Shown here: one piece after another, positions 1 through 9,015 of the stretch
Position numbering within the stretch: the first letter of the stretch is position 1
Layout: each line of letters opens with the position of its first letter
IMG/VR virus record: IMGVR_UViG_3300010396_000044
Source of the DNA: an uncultured virus (IMG/VR IMGVR_UViG_3300010396_000044)
Lineage: Duplodnaviria > Heunggongvirae > Uroviricota > Caudoviricetes
DNA: 32,487 nt
Strand: one strand, 5' to 3'
Position numbers and translations under genes: made by a program
The notes under the pieces: model-generated
Told to the model about the DNA's origin: nothing
Seen by the model: only the letters and a program-made list of their open reading frames with translations
The model's database searches: none

Positions 1-357
1 GCAAACCGAGCCGTCACCACCATCATCGGCAACAGCCGACCACCGTCAATTCGCAAAAGCCTCACCCAGCGAGCCGAAATGCTCCTCAACCAAGGAATCC
101 ACGGAACCGACCTCACCTCAGGTCTCGTCGAATGGCGAAACACCCCAAACGCCCGCGTCACCTGGCTCGACTACAAAGTGAGTGACGCTATAAGCCGACG
201 CGAAGCCAAAGAACGGCCCCCGCATCTCGCGCCGGTCACCGAGCTCGCCACCTCGGACCAACGGTTCCAGCGGGGCAGGCAGATCGCCGAGGCTCGCCGC
301 GCTCGCCGGCTCGCCGCCGAACAACAACCACCCGCGCTGCCAGGAGCAGCATCATGA
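1..357 (+). CDS. Partial CDS (5' end outside window), probable C-terminus of a phage replication initiator
   Basis: Frame is open from base 1 to TGA 355-357; ATGA overlap with the loader gene; occupies the initiator position in an initiator-loader-DnaB layout. Confidence 0.55.
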   Translation, partial: ANRAVTTIIGNSRPPSIRKSLTQRAEMLLNQGIHGTDLTSGLVEWRNTPNARVTWLDYKVSDAISRREAKERPPHLAPVTELATSDQRFQRGRQIAEARRARRLAAEQQPPALPGAAS

Positions 358-755
358 CTTCCAACCAAACCATCACCGATGACCAAATCGCCGACCTCCT
401 GTCCATGGCCGCCGTTATCGATTACCGCAAAATCGGTGACGCCGAGGTCGATTTGTGGCATGCGATCGCTGTCACCCACAACTGGACATGGCCCCTCGCC
501 CGGCGTGCCCTGATTGACCACTACGCGGAGTCCCGGGATCGGATCATGCCCGCGGACATCACCCGCCGGATCGCTGAAGCGCGGAGGGCGGTGTATGCGG
601 CATTCCAGATTCCGCCGCATTCGGCTGAGCTTGCGGATGATGGGCGGGCGTTTGTGGCGTGGGCGAAGGAACGCGCCGCAGAGCACATGGCGGTTGGGCT
701 TGGCGAGTGGGCCGCTTATGGGCGGCTACCGCAGCCTCTCGAGTTGGAAGCCTGA
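354..755 (+). CDS. Replicative helicase loader/inhibitor-like protein
   Basis: D.R....EV..W...A..A...HY....RIMPADI pattern typical of actinophage loaders; GGAG RBS; directly upstream of dnaB. Confidence 0.65.
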   Translation: MTSNQTITDDQIADLLSMAAVIDYRKIGDAEVDLWHAIAVTHNWTWPLARRALIDHYAESRDRIMPADITRRIAEARRAVYAAFQIPPHSAELADDGRAFVAWAKERAAEHMAVGLGEWAAYGRLPQPLELEA

Positions 756-758
756 CCA

Positions 759-2087
759 ATGGCCAACCGCGAAGCCACCGAGCCGTTGCCGCCGTGCGAT
801 CTGGATGCTGAACGGGCCGTGTTGGGCGCGATCCTCATCTCGCCAGCCGCGCTCGACCAAATCATCGACACTCTCACCGTCGCCGAGTTCTACCGACCTG
901 CGCACCAAACCATCTACGCCACCGCCCTCGACCTTTACGCCGCGGGTGACCCGGTTGACCCGATCACGATCTCCGCGCGGCTCGCCGCCGCTGGTGATCT
1001 CGTCCGTATCGGGGGTGCGCCCTATTTGCAGGATTTGGCGCATGATGTGCCCACCGCCCGGAACATTGGCTACTACGCCGAGATTGTCGCCCGCCAGGCC
1101 GTTAAGCGGCGTGCTGTGGAAACCGGGCAACGCATCGCTCAGCTCGGTCACGCCTGGGCCGCGGACGAGGACGGTCTCACCGACCGGATCGAGCAACTCA
1201 CCACCACCCTCACCACCGGCCGGCGCGATGACGATGGGTTGATTGATCTCGACACTGCGGTAGCCCAAGCCTTCGAGCGGCTCACCGGCCCTGTTCCCTC
1301 CACGATCCCCACCGGATTGCACGATCTCGACGCGATCCTCAACGGCGGTTTGCGTAACGGAGCTGTTTACGCAATCGGGGCCAGGCCCGGATCTGGCAAA
1401 AGTTTATGCGGAAGTGGTATCGGGCTCAACGTCGCGCAGTCAGGTATCGGAGTCCTCATCAATTCCTTGGAGATGGGCCGTGAGGAGATCACTAACCGGA
1501 TCCTCTCGAACATGTCCGGGGTCGAGTTAGCCGCGATCAACACTCACAAACTCAATGACTTCGACTGGGCGCGTCTACGGAAAGCTCAGGCACAGTTCCT
1601 CGGCGCGCCGCTGTTGATCCGGGACACCCCCAGCCTCACCTCCGTTGGTTTGCGTCGTCAAGCCGAGAAACTCGCCCGCAAAGCCACCGGGCTTGGGCTC
1701 GTCATCGTTGACTACACGCAGCGAATGACCCCCGCCGACGCCAAGGCCCCCCGGGAACTCCAAGTCAGCGAATTCACCCGCGACTTCAAACTCCTGGCGA
1801 TGCTCCTCAACATTCCCATCATCGCGCTCTACCAAACTAATCGGAAATCAACCGAACGGCAAACACCCGACATGAGCGACTTCCGCGAGTCAGGCTCTAT
1901 CGAGGCCGACTGTGATGTGGGAATCATTCTGAAACTCCCCACCGAACCCGAACGAGCCGGCGAACTTGACGCCCATGTGGTCAAAAACCGGCACGGCCGC
2001 TGCGGTGTTGTGACTTTGGCGTGGTCGCCGCATTACGCCCGGATCCGCTCCCTCGCCCCCGAGGATGCGTGGCAGGACGCCTCATGA
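759..2087 (+). CDS. dnaB: DnaB-like replicative DNA helicase
   Basis: N-terminal PP.DLDAERAVLGAIL and FYRPAHQ; Walker A GARPGSGKS; SLEM; Walker B IVDY; DFRESGSIE; KNRHG. Confidence 0.95.
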   Translation: MANREATEPLPPCDLDAERAVLGAILISPAALDQIIDTLTVAEFYRPAHQTIYATALDLYAAGDPVDPITISARLAAAGDLVRIGGAPYLQDLAHDVPTARNIGYYAEIVARQAVKRRAVETGQRIAQLGHAWAADEDGLTDRIEQLTTTLTTGRRDDDGLIDLDTAVAQAFERLTGPVPSTIPTGLHDLDAILNGGLRNGAVYAIGARPGSGKSLCGSGIGLNVAQSGIGVLINSLEMGREEITNRILSNMSGVELAAINTHKLNDFDWARLRKAQAQFLGAPLLIRDTPSLTSVGLRRQAEKLARKATGLGLVIVDYTQRMTPADAKAPRELQVSEFTRDFKLLAMLLNIPIIALYQTNRKSTERQTPDMSDFRESGSIEADCDVGIILKLPTEPERAGELDAHVVKNRHGRCGVVTLAWSPHYARIRSLAPEDAWQDAS

Positions 2088-3490
2088 TCACCACGGATGC
2101 CACGGGCCGTGGCGATGCCCTGGGTCTACCAGCGGAAACACACCCTGTGGAGATCCACACCCGGCCGTCCTCCGACCGGGACACCGCCACGAACCCCGGA
2201 AACGGGCCTGAGAGCCACCCTGCCGAATCGACCCTAGCCGCGCACCAGGATGGGGGCGCCAACGCCGCCACGACCGATCTGGGCGGCGAAACGGGGCAAC
2301 GCGGCGTGACCACACCACGCGTCGGAGGCCTCTTCGCTGGGGCCGGGATGCTCGACCACGCCGTCCACCACACCCTCGGCGCCACCCCAGCCTGGTTCGT
2401 GGAGAACGACCCCGCCGCCAGGAAGGTGCTCGCCCACCACTGGCCGCACGTGCCCAACCACGGCGACATCACCCACGTGAACTGGGCAGACGTCGAGCCC
2501 GTGGACGTGCTGTGCGGCGGATTTCCTTGCCAGGACATTTCATCGGCCGGCCTTCGAACTGGGCTGCGTCCAGGAACGCGATCCGGGTTGTGGTCCCACA
2601 TGGCCTACGCGATCTCTCAACTCAAACCGAAATTGGTGATCATCGAAAATGTTCGAGGACTCTTATCGGCCGACGCGAATTGCGACCTGGAACCCTGCCC
2701 GTGGTGTTTGGGAGACAACGAGGGTCGCCCTTTGCGGGCACTCGGAGCCGTACTCGGAGACCTGGCCAGCATCGGGTATGTGGGTCAATGGCGTGGCTTA
2801 CGAGCTTCCGATGCCGGCGCCCCCCACGGACGATTCCGGGTCTTCATCACCGCATGGCCTGTTAGCGACTCCCGCGGCGTCAATCGCGAGGGGTGGCCGT
2901 CCGCAGGACTCAAAAGGCGAACGCGATCTACGGCTGGACCTGCTGCCGACACCGACGGCCTCGGATCGGTTCGGGGCTGGGGAACACGGGGACGGTGGGA
3001 CGGACTTGCGAACCACAGTGAGTTTGCTGCCGACCCCTGCGGCGCGGGATGCGGGCCGAGGAGCGGGCTGGGGAGACCAGCCGGGGCGACCGTTGAGCGA
3101 AACGGTGCACCGACTGCTGCCGACGCCACGGGCATCGGACGGGGAGAAGGGTGGCCCGAATCAGCGGGGTTCGTCGGGGGATCAGATGCTGTCCTCAGCG
3201 GTGATGGAGCTTCTGCCCGATGGGGATCGTATGAGCCCGCTATCCGACGGTGGGAACTGATCCTCGGCCGCCCGGTACCCGCACCAACTCAAATCGGGCA
3301 GCGCGGCGGCCAGCAACTGTCGCCACGGTTCACCGAATGGTTGATGGGCTGGCCCGACGGCTGGGTCACCAGCATTCCCGGGCTGTCCCGCAATGATCAG
3401 CTGAAGATTTGCGGTAATGGTGTCGTGCCGCAACAGTGCGCCGCTGCGTTGCGGTTGTTGCTCGCGGATGTTGTAGAGCGTGCTGCATGA
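2084..3490 (+). CDS. DNA (cytosine-5)-methyltransferase, phage type
   Basis: Motif I LFAGAG, IV GGFPCQD, VI IIENV, VIII HGRFRVF, IX-like LSPRFTEWLMGWP, X GNGVVP; ATG 2084 overlaps dnaB stop; alternative GTG start at 2306. Confidence 0.93.
   Translation: MITTDATGRGDALGLPAETHPVEIHTRPSSDRDTATNPGNGPESHPAESTLAAHQDGGANAATTDLGGETGQRGVTTPRVGGLFAGAGMLDHAVHHTLGATPAWFVENDPAARKVLAHHWPHVPNHGDITHVNWADVEPVDVLCGGFPCQDISSAGLRTGLRPGTRSGLWSHMAYAISQLKPKLVIIENVRGLLSADANCDLEPCPWCLGDNEGRPLRALGAVLGDLASIGYVGQWRGLRASDAGAPHGRFRVFITAWPVSDSRGVNREGWPSAGLKRRTRSTAGPAADTDGLGSVRGWGTRGRWDGLANHSEFAADPCGAGCGPRSGLGRPAGATVERNGAPTAADATGIGRGEGWPESAGFVGGSDAVLSGDGASARWGSYEPAIRRWELILGRPVPAPTQIGQRGGQQLSPRFTEWLMGWPDGWVTSIPGLSRNDQLKICGNGVVPQQCAAALRLLLADVVERAA
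2649..3260 (+). CDS. Overprinted (+1 frame) ORF nested in the MTase gene; putative MTase partner subunit with tandem LL(P/A)TPxA modules
   Basis: 203-aa ORF with ETWPASGM motif and four in-frame repeats; GGTGA at 2635-2639 upstream of ATG. Confidence 0.7.
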   Translation: MFEDSYRPTRIATWNPARGVWETTRVALCGHSEPYSETWPASGMWVNGVAYELPMPAPPTDDSGSSSPHGLLATPAASIARGGRPQDSKGERDLRLDLLPTPTASDRFGAGEHGDGGTDLRTTVSLLPTPAARDAGRGAGWGDQPGRPLSETVHRLLPTPRASDGEKGGPNQRGSSGDQMLSSAVMELLPDGDRMSPLSDGGN

Positions 3491-3957
3491 CCAGCCTCCG
3501 CATTCTGATCACCGGGTCGCGTTCCTGGGCCGACAAGCGCGCCATCACCGACGCGCTCCGCTGGGCCATCACCAGCCACCACCCCCAACCCGCGAAACAG
3601 CACGTCACCATCGTCCACGGCGCCGCCCGAGGCGCTGACACTCTGGCTGGGGAGATCGCCGCCAGTTGGGGTGTTCACGTCGAGCCGCATGCCGTGACCA
3701 GCGTGGATTGGAACGGCCCCTGCGTCCCGCAATGCCCACCCGGCCACCGGCTGCAACGGCGGGATGGCAGCACCTTCTGCCCGGCTGTCGCTAAGCGCCG
3801 GAATCAGCGCATGGTGGATCTTGGTGCGGATATTTGTTTAGCATTCCCACTATCCGCCGGCTGGTCGGGGACGAGGGATTGCATGACCCGAGCGGATGCG
3901 GCGGGTATCCGTGTCGTGGACTGGCCAAATGAGCAGCCCACCGGCGGTGCGCGATGA
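3487..3957 (+). CDS. SLOG-family (DUF2493/YspA-like) protein
   Basis: RILITGSRSW, IVHGAARGAD, RRNQRMV, ICLAFP, GTRDC; ATGA coupling at 3487. Confidence 0.85.
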   Translation: MTSLRILITGSRSWADKRAITDALRWAITSHHPQPAKQHVTIVHGAARGADTLAGEIAASWGVHVEPHAVTSVDWNGPCVPQCPPGHRLQRRDGSTFCPAVAKRRNQRMVDLGADICLAFPLSAGWSGTRDCMTRADAAGIRVVDWPNEQPTGGAR

Positions 3958-4475
3958 CCGCTACCGCCTTCTGTCAACATTGCGGCGCCGTGGTGCCCCA
4001 ACCGCAGAGCAGTATCAACCGGGCGATCCGCGAAGGTAAACCGCTCTACTGCAACCGTACCTGCGCCGGTCTTGCGCGGCGCGTCCCGCCAGATCGGAAG
4101 AAGGAGGCGAAACGCGCCTACGACGCTCAACGTCGGGTCGAGCTGGCCGCCGAGATCAGTGCAAAGAAAGCCGCGTATTACCAGCGCACCCGCGACCCGG
4201 CCAAAGAACGCGAACGCCGACTACAAAACATGGACCGGCACGTCGAGTATTGCCGACGGCCAGAGTACGTGGCGTACAAGCAGGATTACGACCGGCAGTA
4301 CCGCGCCGAGGAATACGGCGAATACGCCGAAGCGTATCTACTGCTTCTGGACCTTGAGCGGGAGATCCGCGCCCGTTCCACATGGTACGAACGCGCCAAA
4401 ACGCGCGGCTACTTCACACGAGCAGCTCAACAACGAAGGAGAGAACTATGGCAAGCAACAACGGTAAGGAACTGA
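3954..4475 (+). CDS. Hypothetical protein with N-terminal CxxC...CxxxC zinc finger and charged helical tail
   Basis: CQHCG and YCNRTC; coupled to the upstream gene. Confidence 0.7.
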   Translation: MTATAFCQHCGAVVPQPQSSINRAIREGKPLYCNRTCAGLARRVPPDRKKEAKRAYDAQRRVELAAEISAKKAAYYQRTRDPAKERERRLQNMDRHVEYCRRPEYVAYKQDYDRQYRAEEYGEYAEAYLLLLDLEREIRARSTWYERAKTRGYFTRAAQQRRRELWQATTVRN

Positions 4476-4669
4476 CCGCTACCAACCTAAAGGATGTTTT
4501 GTGGACCACCATGAACGATCTTCAGAGTGGCGCAATCCAGCCGGGTCAAGGTGACGCGATCGCCGCGCAAGCCCGGGAAATCCTTCGAACAGTGCGAACA
4601 CAGCTGATGGTTACGAGCCAAGCTAAGCGCAGCGTCCCAGCTGACGTGATTTCATTCGCGGAAAAGTGA
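4448..4669 (+). CDS. Hypothetical phage protein
   Basis: AAGGAG RBS before ATG 4448; GTGA overlap downstream. Confidence 0.7.
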   Translation: MASNNGKELTATNLKDVLWTTMNDLQSGAIQPGQGDAIAAQAREILRTVRTQLMVTSQAKRSVPADVISFAEK

Positions 4670-5043
4670 GCCGCAACGAAATGACCGAGCGGGTCCAAAA
4701 AGAGCTCACCGTGTTGCGACGGATGTTCGCCGCCGCCACCCGAACGCGGAAACCGGACGGCTGGGTCCGCGACATCCCGCGTAAAGGCGAACTCGCCGTG
4801 CTCCAGGGCGGACCGCGCTGGCACGATGGGTCCTGGTGGTGGCGACGCGAGCTCGAGAACTACCAGGCCGCGTGCTGGAACGCGCACCGCGACTGGCACA
4901 CCACCGCGCCCAACCCGATCTGCGGCTACCAACCCACCGAGCAGCGGGTGGACCACCCCTGCGAAATCCACCCCGACACCCGGTCGCCGGTTCAGGGGCG
5001 GTTGTGGTCCTGGGAATCCGCTGGCTCGGCGGTCGCGTCGTGA
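4666..5043 (+). CDS. Hypothetical protein
   Basis: Coupled start; high-GC codon usage. Confidence 0.55.
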   Translation: MSRNEMTERVQKELTVLRRMFAAATRTRKPDGWVRDIPRKGELAVLQGGPRWHDGSWWWRRELENYQAACWNAHRDWHTTAPNPICGYQPTEQRVDHPCEIHPDTRSPVQGRLWSWESAGSAVAS

Positions 5044-5543
5044 GCGGCTGCCTTGAGAGGCTGGGGGCGCTTCGCTCCCGATTCATAAAACTGCTTCAGA
5101 TCAGCAAGAAAAAGCCGCAGCTCTTTAGCCGCTTTCCGCGCAACTGTAGCTTGATGTGCTGGGTCTCCGCACGCCCGAAGAGTTTGCATCACGTCGTATC
5201 GAGCGCTTTCGATCTCGGAAATCGCTTGGAACATGCAGTCGTCGTAGTCGTCCCCTACGGCATAATCCAATGGCATCGGGCCTCTCGATCGGATGTTATT
5301 CACGGGGCGCTCCTCGCATATTGCTGTTCTCTCGGCAGCCAGAACCGACGCCCTGTCGGCGTGATGTTCCAACTTGATGGTGGCTACGTCGGACCACCAC
5401 GGCTTGTTGCGCTTGTGGCTTTTGAATCTGGTCGAGAGGTCGAGCGTGATTCCGACGTACAGCAGCCGGTCGTTTCGATCGAACATCCGATACAGCACAT
5501 GGTGTTGTTCGTGTTCAGGTTCTACCTTGACCGGCTCGCTCAC
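4992..5543 (-). CDS. GIY-YIG nuclease-family protein
   Basis: VLYRMFD...LLYVGIT...RF..H....PWW...AE..AI..E.P..N. Confidence 0.85.
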   Translation of the reverse strand: MSEPVKVEPEHEQHHVLYRMFDRNDRLLYVGITLDLSTRFKSHKRNKPWWSDVATIKLEHHADRASVLAAERTAICEERPVNNIRSRGPMPLDYAVGDDYDDCMFQAISEIESARYDVMQTLRACGDPAHQATVARKAAKELRLFLADLKQFYESGAKRPQPLKAAAHDATAEPADSQDHNRP

Positions 5544-5800
5544 GCTGGGCCTCGCTTGTGGCGGTTGACGTACCGGCGTAGCTCGCCGAGCACCACACGC
5601 CGCATCGTCTCGCCCTGCTCATCGGCGGTCTTTCGTACGGCGATCCACAGCTCCGGGTCGGCGTTCGTCCAGTCGATGATTTCGCGGAGCACGTCAGCGC
5701 GGGCTGTGCCTGCTGCCTCGGTGTTCTCGCCGAACCGCTGCCATGGTTCGTCGTCGACCTGGAGGGTGCGTAGGGGTGTCTTTCGTCTGCTTCCTGGCAC
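5540..5800 (-). CDS. Ribbon-helix-helix-like DNA-binding protein (likely leaderless GTG 5800; track start 5824)
   Basis: KTPLRTLQVDDEPWQRFG...RADVLREII pattern; -10-like TAGCGT 7 nt upstream of GTG. Confidence 0.65.
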   Translation of the reverse strand: MPGSRRKTPLRTLQVDDEPWQRFGENTEAAGTARADVLREIIDWTNADPELWIAVRKTADEQGETMRRVVLGELRRYVNRHKRGPA

Positions 5801-5816
5801 GTCAGCAACGCTAGCC

Positions 5817-5830
5817 GGTGACATGTCACC
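5817..5830. promoter_or_regulatory. Perfect 14-bp palindrome GGTGACATGTCACC, candidate operator
   Basis: Lies in the divergent intergenic gap beside the RHH gene -10 element. Confidence 0.5.
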
Positions 5831-5922
5831 TCCACAAGATCGTTCGATGTTGGCACTTGCGCGTGAGCCCTCATGTGACTACGCTAGTTACTATACAGCA
5901 GAGACGACCTGAGGAGCCACCG

Positions 5923-6333
5923 ATGAGCACCACCGACGTCCGCAAGGCATACAGGATCCTCGGCACCACCGATGACGTGACCGAGTGCGAACTCTGCGGC
6001 CGGACCGAACTCAAGGGCTCGATCGTCCTCGCTGTTCTCGACGCTGACAGTAACGAGGCCGGGATCGTGTACTACGGCGCCAGCTGCGGTGCCCGCGCCG
6101 CTGGTTGGATCACCAAAGATGTCCGGACCAAAGCTAAGGCTGCCGATGACGCTAAGCGGGAAGCTGCTCGACTGGCGGCTGAGGAAGAATCCCGGAAGTT
6201 CTGCGAAGCTCGTGATGGTTGGATTGCCGCGAATATCGCCCCCGACGCTCTGAGTAATCCTCGCAAGTACGGGTACCGGTCCTCGTACGCCATGGTGGTG
6301 GCTTTTGAGCAAGCGACAGGCCGCCGGGCGTGA
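5923..6333 (+). CDS. Hypothetical Zn-binding phage protein
   Basis: GAGGAG RBS; CELCGR...YYGASC. Confidence 0.75.
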   Translation: MSTTDVRKAYRILGTTDDVTECELCGRTELKGSIVLAVLDADSNEAGIVYYGASCGARAAGWITKDVRTKAKAADDAKREAARLAAEEESRKFCEARDGWIAANIAPDALSNPRKYGYRSSYAMVVAFEQATGRRA

Positions 6334-6611
6334 ACGCCACGATCGTTGCCGGGCAGGCCGCCACGGTGGTCCGGTTGAACGGGATACCCGACAAGCTGCG
6401 TATCCCCTGCATTGTGGACGCTGGCCCGCTCCCCACCGTTGCGACCGAGAAATGCGCGGACGATTCGGCGCACGGTTGGGGCACCTGCTACGCCCCTGAC
6501 CTCGACGGGGCCTGCCCCGACTGCGCCATCAACTACCTCCGCTGGGTGCTCGTCGCTGGCGCGCACGTGGCCCTCGACGTGCTCCAAACACCCACCGACC
6601 AGAAAGCCTGA
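6330..6611 (+). CDS. Hypothetical Cys-rich protein
   Basis: GTGA coupling; CPDC. Confidence 0.6.
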   Translation: MNATIVAGQAATVVRLNGIPDKLRIPCIVDAGPLPTVATEKCADDSAHGWGTCYAPDLDGACPDCAINYLRWVLVAGAHVALDVLQTPTDQKA

Positions 6612-6616
6612 CCACA

Positions 6617-6802
6617 ATGGATGCAACTCAGCTTCGCTGGCACCAGGACTTTGATAATTGCGCTGCGGCTATCCCTGCCGAGTGGCTAATCACAGTAGAG
6701 GACGGATCCCGATGGATCCTCCCGCAGTATTCAGCTAATCCGGTCGTGCGGCACTACCTGAGCTTGGCCAGAGTTGGCTACGCACGCGGCTGGATGCCCT
6801 GA
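6617..6802 (+). CDS. Hypothetical protein
   Basis: Fills the gap in the operon. Confidence 0.45.
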   Translation: MDATQLRWHQDFDNCAAAIPAEWLITVEDGSRWILPQYSANPVVRHYLSLARVGYARGWMP

Positions 6803-6831
6803 TGCGCCGATCAGAAAGAGACAACAAAACC

Positions 6832-7182
6832 ATGACCGCCATGTATGTGAAGTTCACCGAGGACAACGAGTGGGAAGGCGAAACCTGGCACTTCTACATT
6901 CCCATGACCGGGAATGAGGCGGCGTTGGCGCGGCTTGCTGATGCGCTCAAGAACCGCAACGAGGACGAGCAGTACCGGCTGGATCTAGATTCGTTGGTTC
7001 CGGAGTTTGAGGTTGATGTGCTGGTGAAACACAGCGATGTCGGCTACCTGCACTACCGCAACAAGCTCACCGGCACGCTCGTGCTCACTGACGAGGACCT
7101 TGACCGGATCCGCAACGTGGAAGACCACGATCCCTTGTATAAGGGTGGGATTCGGGATCTCATGTGCGAGCGGAAAGCCTGA
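6832..7182 (+). CDS. Hypothetical phage protein (acidic)
   Basis: MTAMYVKFTEDNEWEGETWHFYIP...LYKGGI; GAAAGAG upstream of ATG 6832. Confidence 0.7.
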   Translation: MTAMYVKFTEDNEWEGETWHFYIPMTGNEAALARLADALKNRNEDEQYRLDLDSLVPEFEVDVLVKHSDVGYLHYRNKLTGTLVLTDEDLDRIRNVEDHDPLYKGGIRDLMCERKA

Positions 7183-7186
7183 ACCG

Positions 7187-7495
7187 ATGAGCTACGACGT
7201 CAGCCTTTACAACGATGACGGAGAAGAGATCACGTGGCGGAACATGACCAGCAAGGTGTCCTGCATGTGGCGACACGCTGGCGCGAATCTCGCCGAATTT
7301 GACGGCAAGAAAGCAGGCGAGGTTTACAAGCAACTCGTCGAAGCGCTCGCCGCCATGTTGAAAGACCCGGATACGTACCGTGCCATGAACCCACCCAACG
7401 GCTGGGGTTCCTACGAAACCTGTGTTGAGTTCCTGCTCGATCTCGCTGTGGATTTCGGCGCACACCCGAACTTGACCGTGAGAGTGAGCCGATGA
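7187..7495 (+). CDS. Conserved hypothetical phage protein (NPxNGWG motif)
   Basis: MSYDVSL...NMTS.V..MW..AG...NPPNGWGSYE. Confidence 0.75.
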   Translation: MSYDVSLYNDDGEEITWRNMTSKVSCMWRHAGANLAEFDGKKAGEVYKQLVEALAAMLKDPDTYRAMNPPNGWGSYETCVEFLLDLAVDFGAHPNLTVRVSR

Positions 7496-7671
7496 TGGGC
7501 GAATATTGCGACTATTGCGGTACTAGCTGTTTCGTTGATCGGATCCTGTCGGATGACAGGTGGGCACATTTGCACACGTGTTGGGGTGGCATGGCCCACG
7601 ACCAGCGCATGTGGGGGCAGGACTACCTGTCGGCCACCAATCCCTACGCCTACGGAGCACGCCATGGCTGA
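7492..7671 (+). CDS. Small Cys/His-rich protein (59 aa, absent from ORF track)
   Basis: MMGEYCDYCGTSCF...HLHTC...; ATGA overlap upstream and 8-bp overlap downstream. Confidence 0.6.
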   Translation: MMGEYCDYCGTSCFVDRILSDDRWAHLHTCWGGMAHDQRMWGQDYLSATNPYAYGARHG

Positions 7672-8242
7672 AACGCAAGAACGAGTGATCGCGATCACCC
7701 AGGATTACGAATTTGATGAAGACTGCGGGCTCGGCGGCCCCATGCTCTCATTCTGGGCGGCTGGCCACGGACACGATCCGGAGCAGTTCATCCGCGCAGT
7801 CATTGATCACACGCTCGAATACCACGGATCAGTTCCCCGTATTGAACCTGACGACAAGCCCGTAGAGATGTGGCAGCGCACCATCGACCACCAAGACGGT
7901 GTTGAGTACTCGCGGCACCTCGCCGAATCAGATGATACGCGTGGACGAGGAGCCAAGCCGATCACCGTACTGGACCTTGAGCGCCGCGGGAGAGGTGGCA
8001 CCAAGTGTGGTGTTACTGGCTGCGATAAACCGTGGTCGAGCGGCAAACCGGCCATCGTTCGAGTTGAAGCCGATGATCGTGGGCCAACGGTGAATAACCC
8101 GTACATGTCGGTGCGGATGTGGTTCTGCCGTGAGCACAGCCGCCAGTTCCCGGAGCCATCTTACCGGGTTTGTATGGTGCCGGTTGGTGCCACGATCATG
8201 TTGCCCGCTCCCGCTGATGAAGACGGATCACGCCATGGCTGA
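7664..8242 (+). CDS. Hypothetical protein with C-x4-C...CxxH motif
   Basis: GGAG RBS before ATG 7664. Confidence 0.65.
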   Translation: MAETQERVIAITQDYEFDEDCGLGGPMLSFWAAGHGHDPEQFIRAVIDHTLEYHGSVPRIEPDDKPVEMWQRTIDHQDGVEYSRHLAESDDTRGRGAKPITVLDLERRGRGGTKCGVTGCDKPWSSGKPAIVRVEADDRGPTVNNPYMSVRMWFCREHSRQFPEPSYRVCMVPVGATIMLPAPADEDGSRHG

Positions 8243-8759
8243 CGACTTGCGAGACCGTCTCGCTGACTACTGCACCCGAATAAAAGCCGGCCCTGTTGCT
8301 GTTCCGGCTGATGGGGTACTAGCTATCAACGCTGAGTCACTAGCAGATGCGCTACTGCCGTTCATAAAGATCGAGACATCTGAAAAGTCACCTTCAACTG
8401 CGGCGATGTTGGCCGAGTTCCATCATGCGCTTGGTGATAAACCGAGCCGAGGTAACGCGCCACTAAGGATCACCCTCCACGCCGAGGAACACGCCGAGCT
8501 TGTCGAGGCATTAGCGGAAGAAGACCGGGCACACATTGCGCGGGAGCTGGCTGATGTCGTGTACGTCGCTTACGGGACGGCGCATGCCTTTGATATCGAC
8601 TTGGACGCTGCGTTGACTGAGGTGCACCGAGCGTCGATGAGCAAGCTTGTCGGCCCTGGTCTTCCCTTGGTGCGCGGCGACGGGAAAATACTTAAGCCGC
8701 CCGGGTTTGTCCCACCGGACATGACAGCAGCCTTGAAGGACGGGGCGCGCCATGGCTGA
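8235..8759 (+). CDS. MazG-like / PRA-PH-like nucleotide pyrophosphohydrolase
   Basis: EEHAEL...ELADVVYVAYG...EVHRASMSK...DGKILKPPGF. Confidence 0.9.
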   Translation: MADDLRDRLADYCTRIKAGPVAVPADGVLAINAESLADALLPFIKIETSEKSPSTAAMLAEFHHALGDKPSRGNAPLRITLHAEEHAELVEALAEEDRAHIARELADVVYVAYGTAHAFDIDLDAALTEVHRASMSKLVGPGLPLVRGDGKILKPPGFVPPDMTAALKDGARHG

Positions 8760-9015
8760 GCTCGAAATACCTGAAGCGGCTAAAGACGCCGCAGTAAGTG
8801 CCTTAGCGGCGGTCATGGCGGATAAGAGGACCGGAGGGACCGAGCATGCGGCGGTGTGCGTAGCTAGTGCTGCTGCTCCGATCATCGTGGCCGCCGAACT
8901 GAGGCGGTTGGCGGACGAACTCTATGACGGGCCACAGCGTTGGCCTGCCTCGAAAGTGCAACTGCTACGCGATCGAGCTGATGAGCTTGACGCGTCAGGA
9001 GACGAACCACAATGA
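8752..9015 (+). CDS. Hypothetical protein
   Basis: Coupled ORF; AAELRRLAD...LRDRADEL phage-type motif. Confidence 0.65.
   Translation: MAELEIPEAAKDAAVSALAAVMADKRTGGTEHAAVCVASAAAPIIVAAELRRLADELYDGPQRWPASKVQLLRDRADELDASGDEPQ

Noticed and set aside
514..1242. 242-aa alternative-frame ORF over the loader and dnaB
   Set aside because: S/P/R/T-rich off-frame text typical of high-GC DNA; lacks the modular motifs seen in the MTase nested ORF
4836..5912. 358-aa plus-strand ORF
   Set aside because: Antisense shadow of the GIY-YIG and RHH genes; no recognisable motifs
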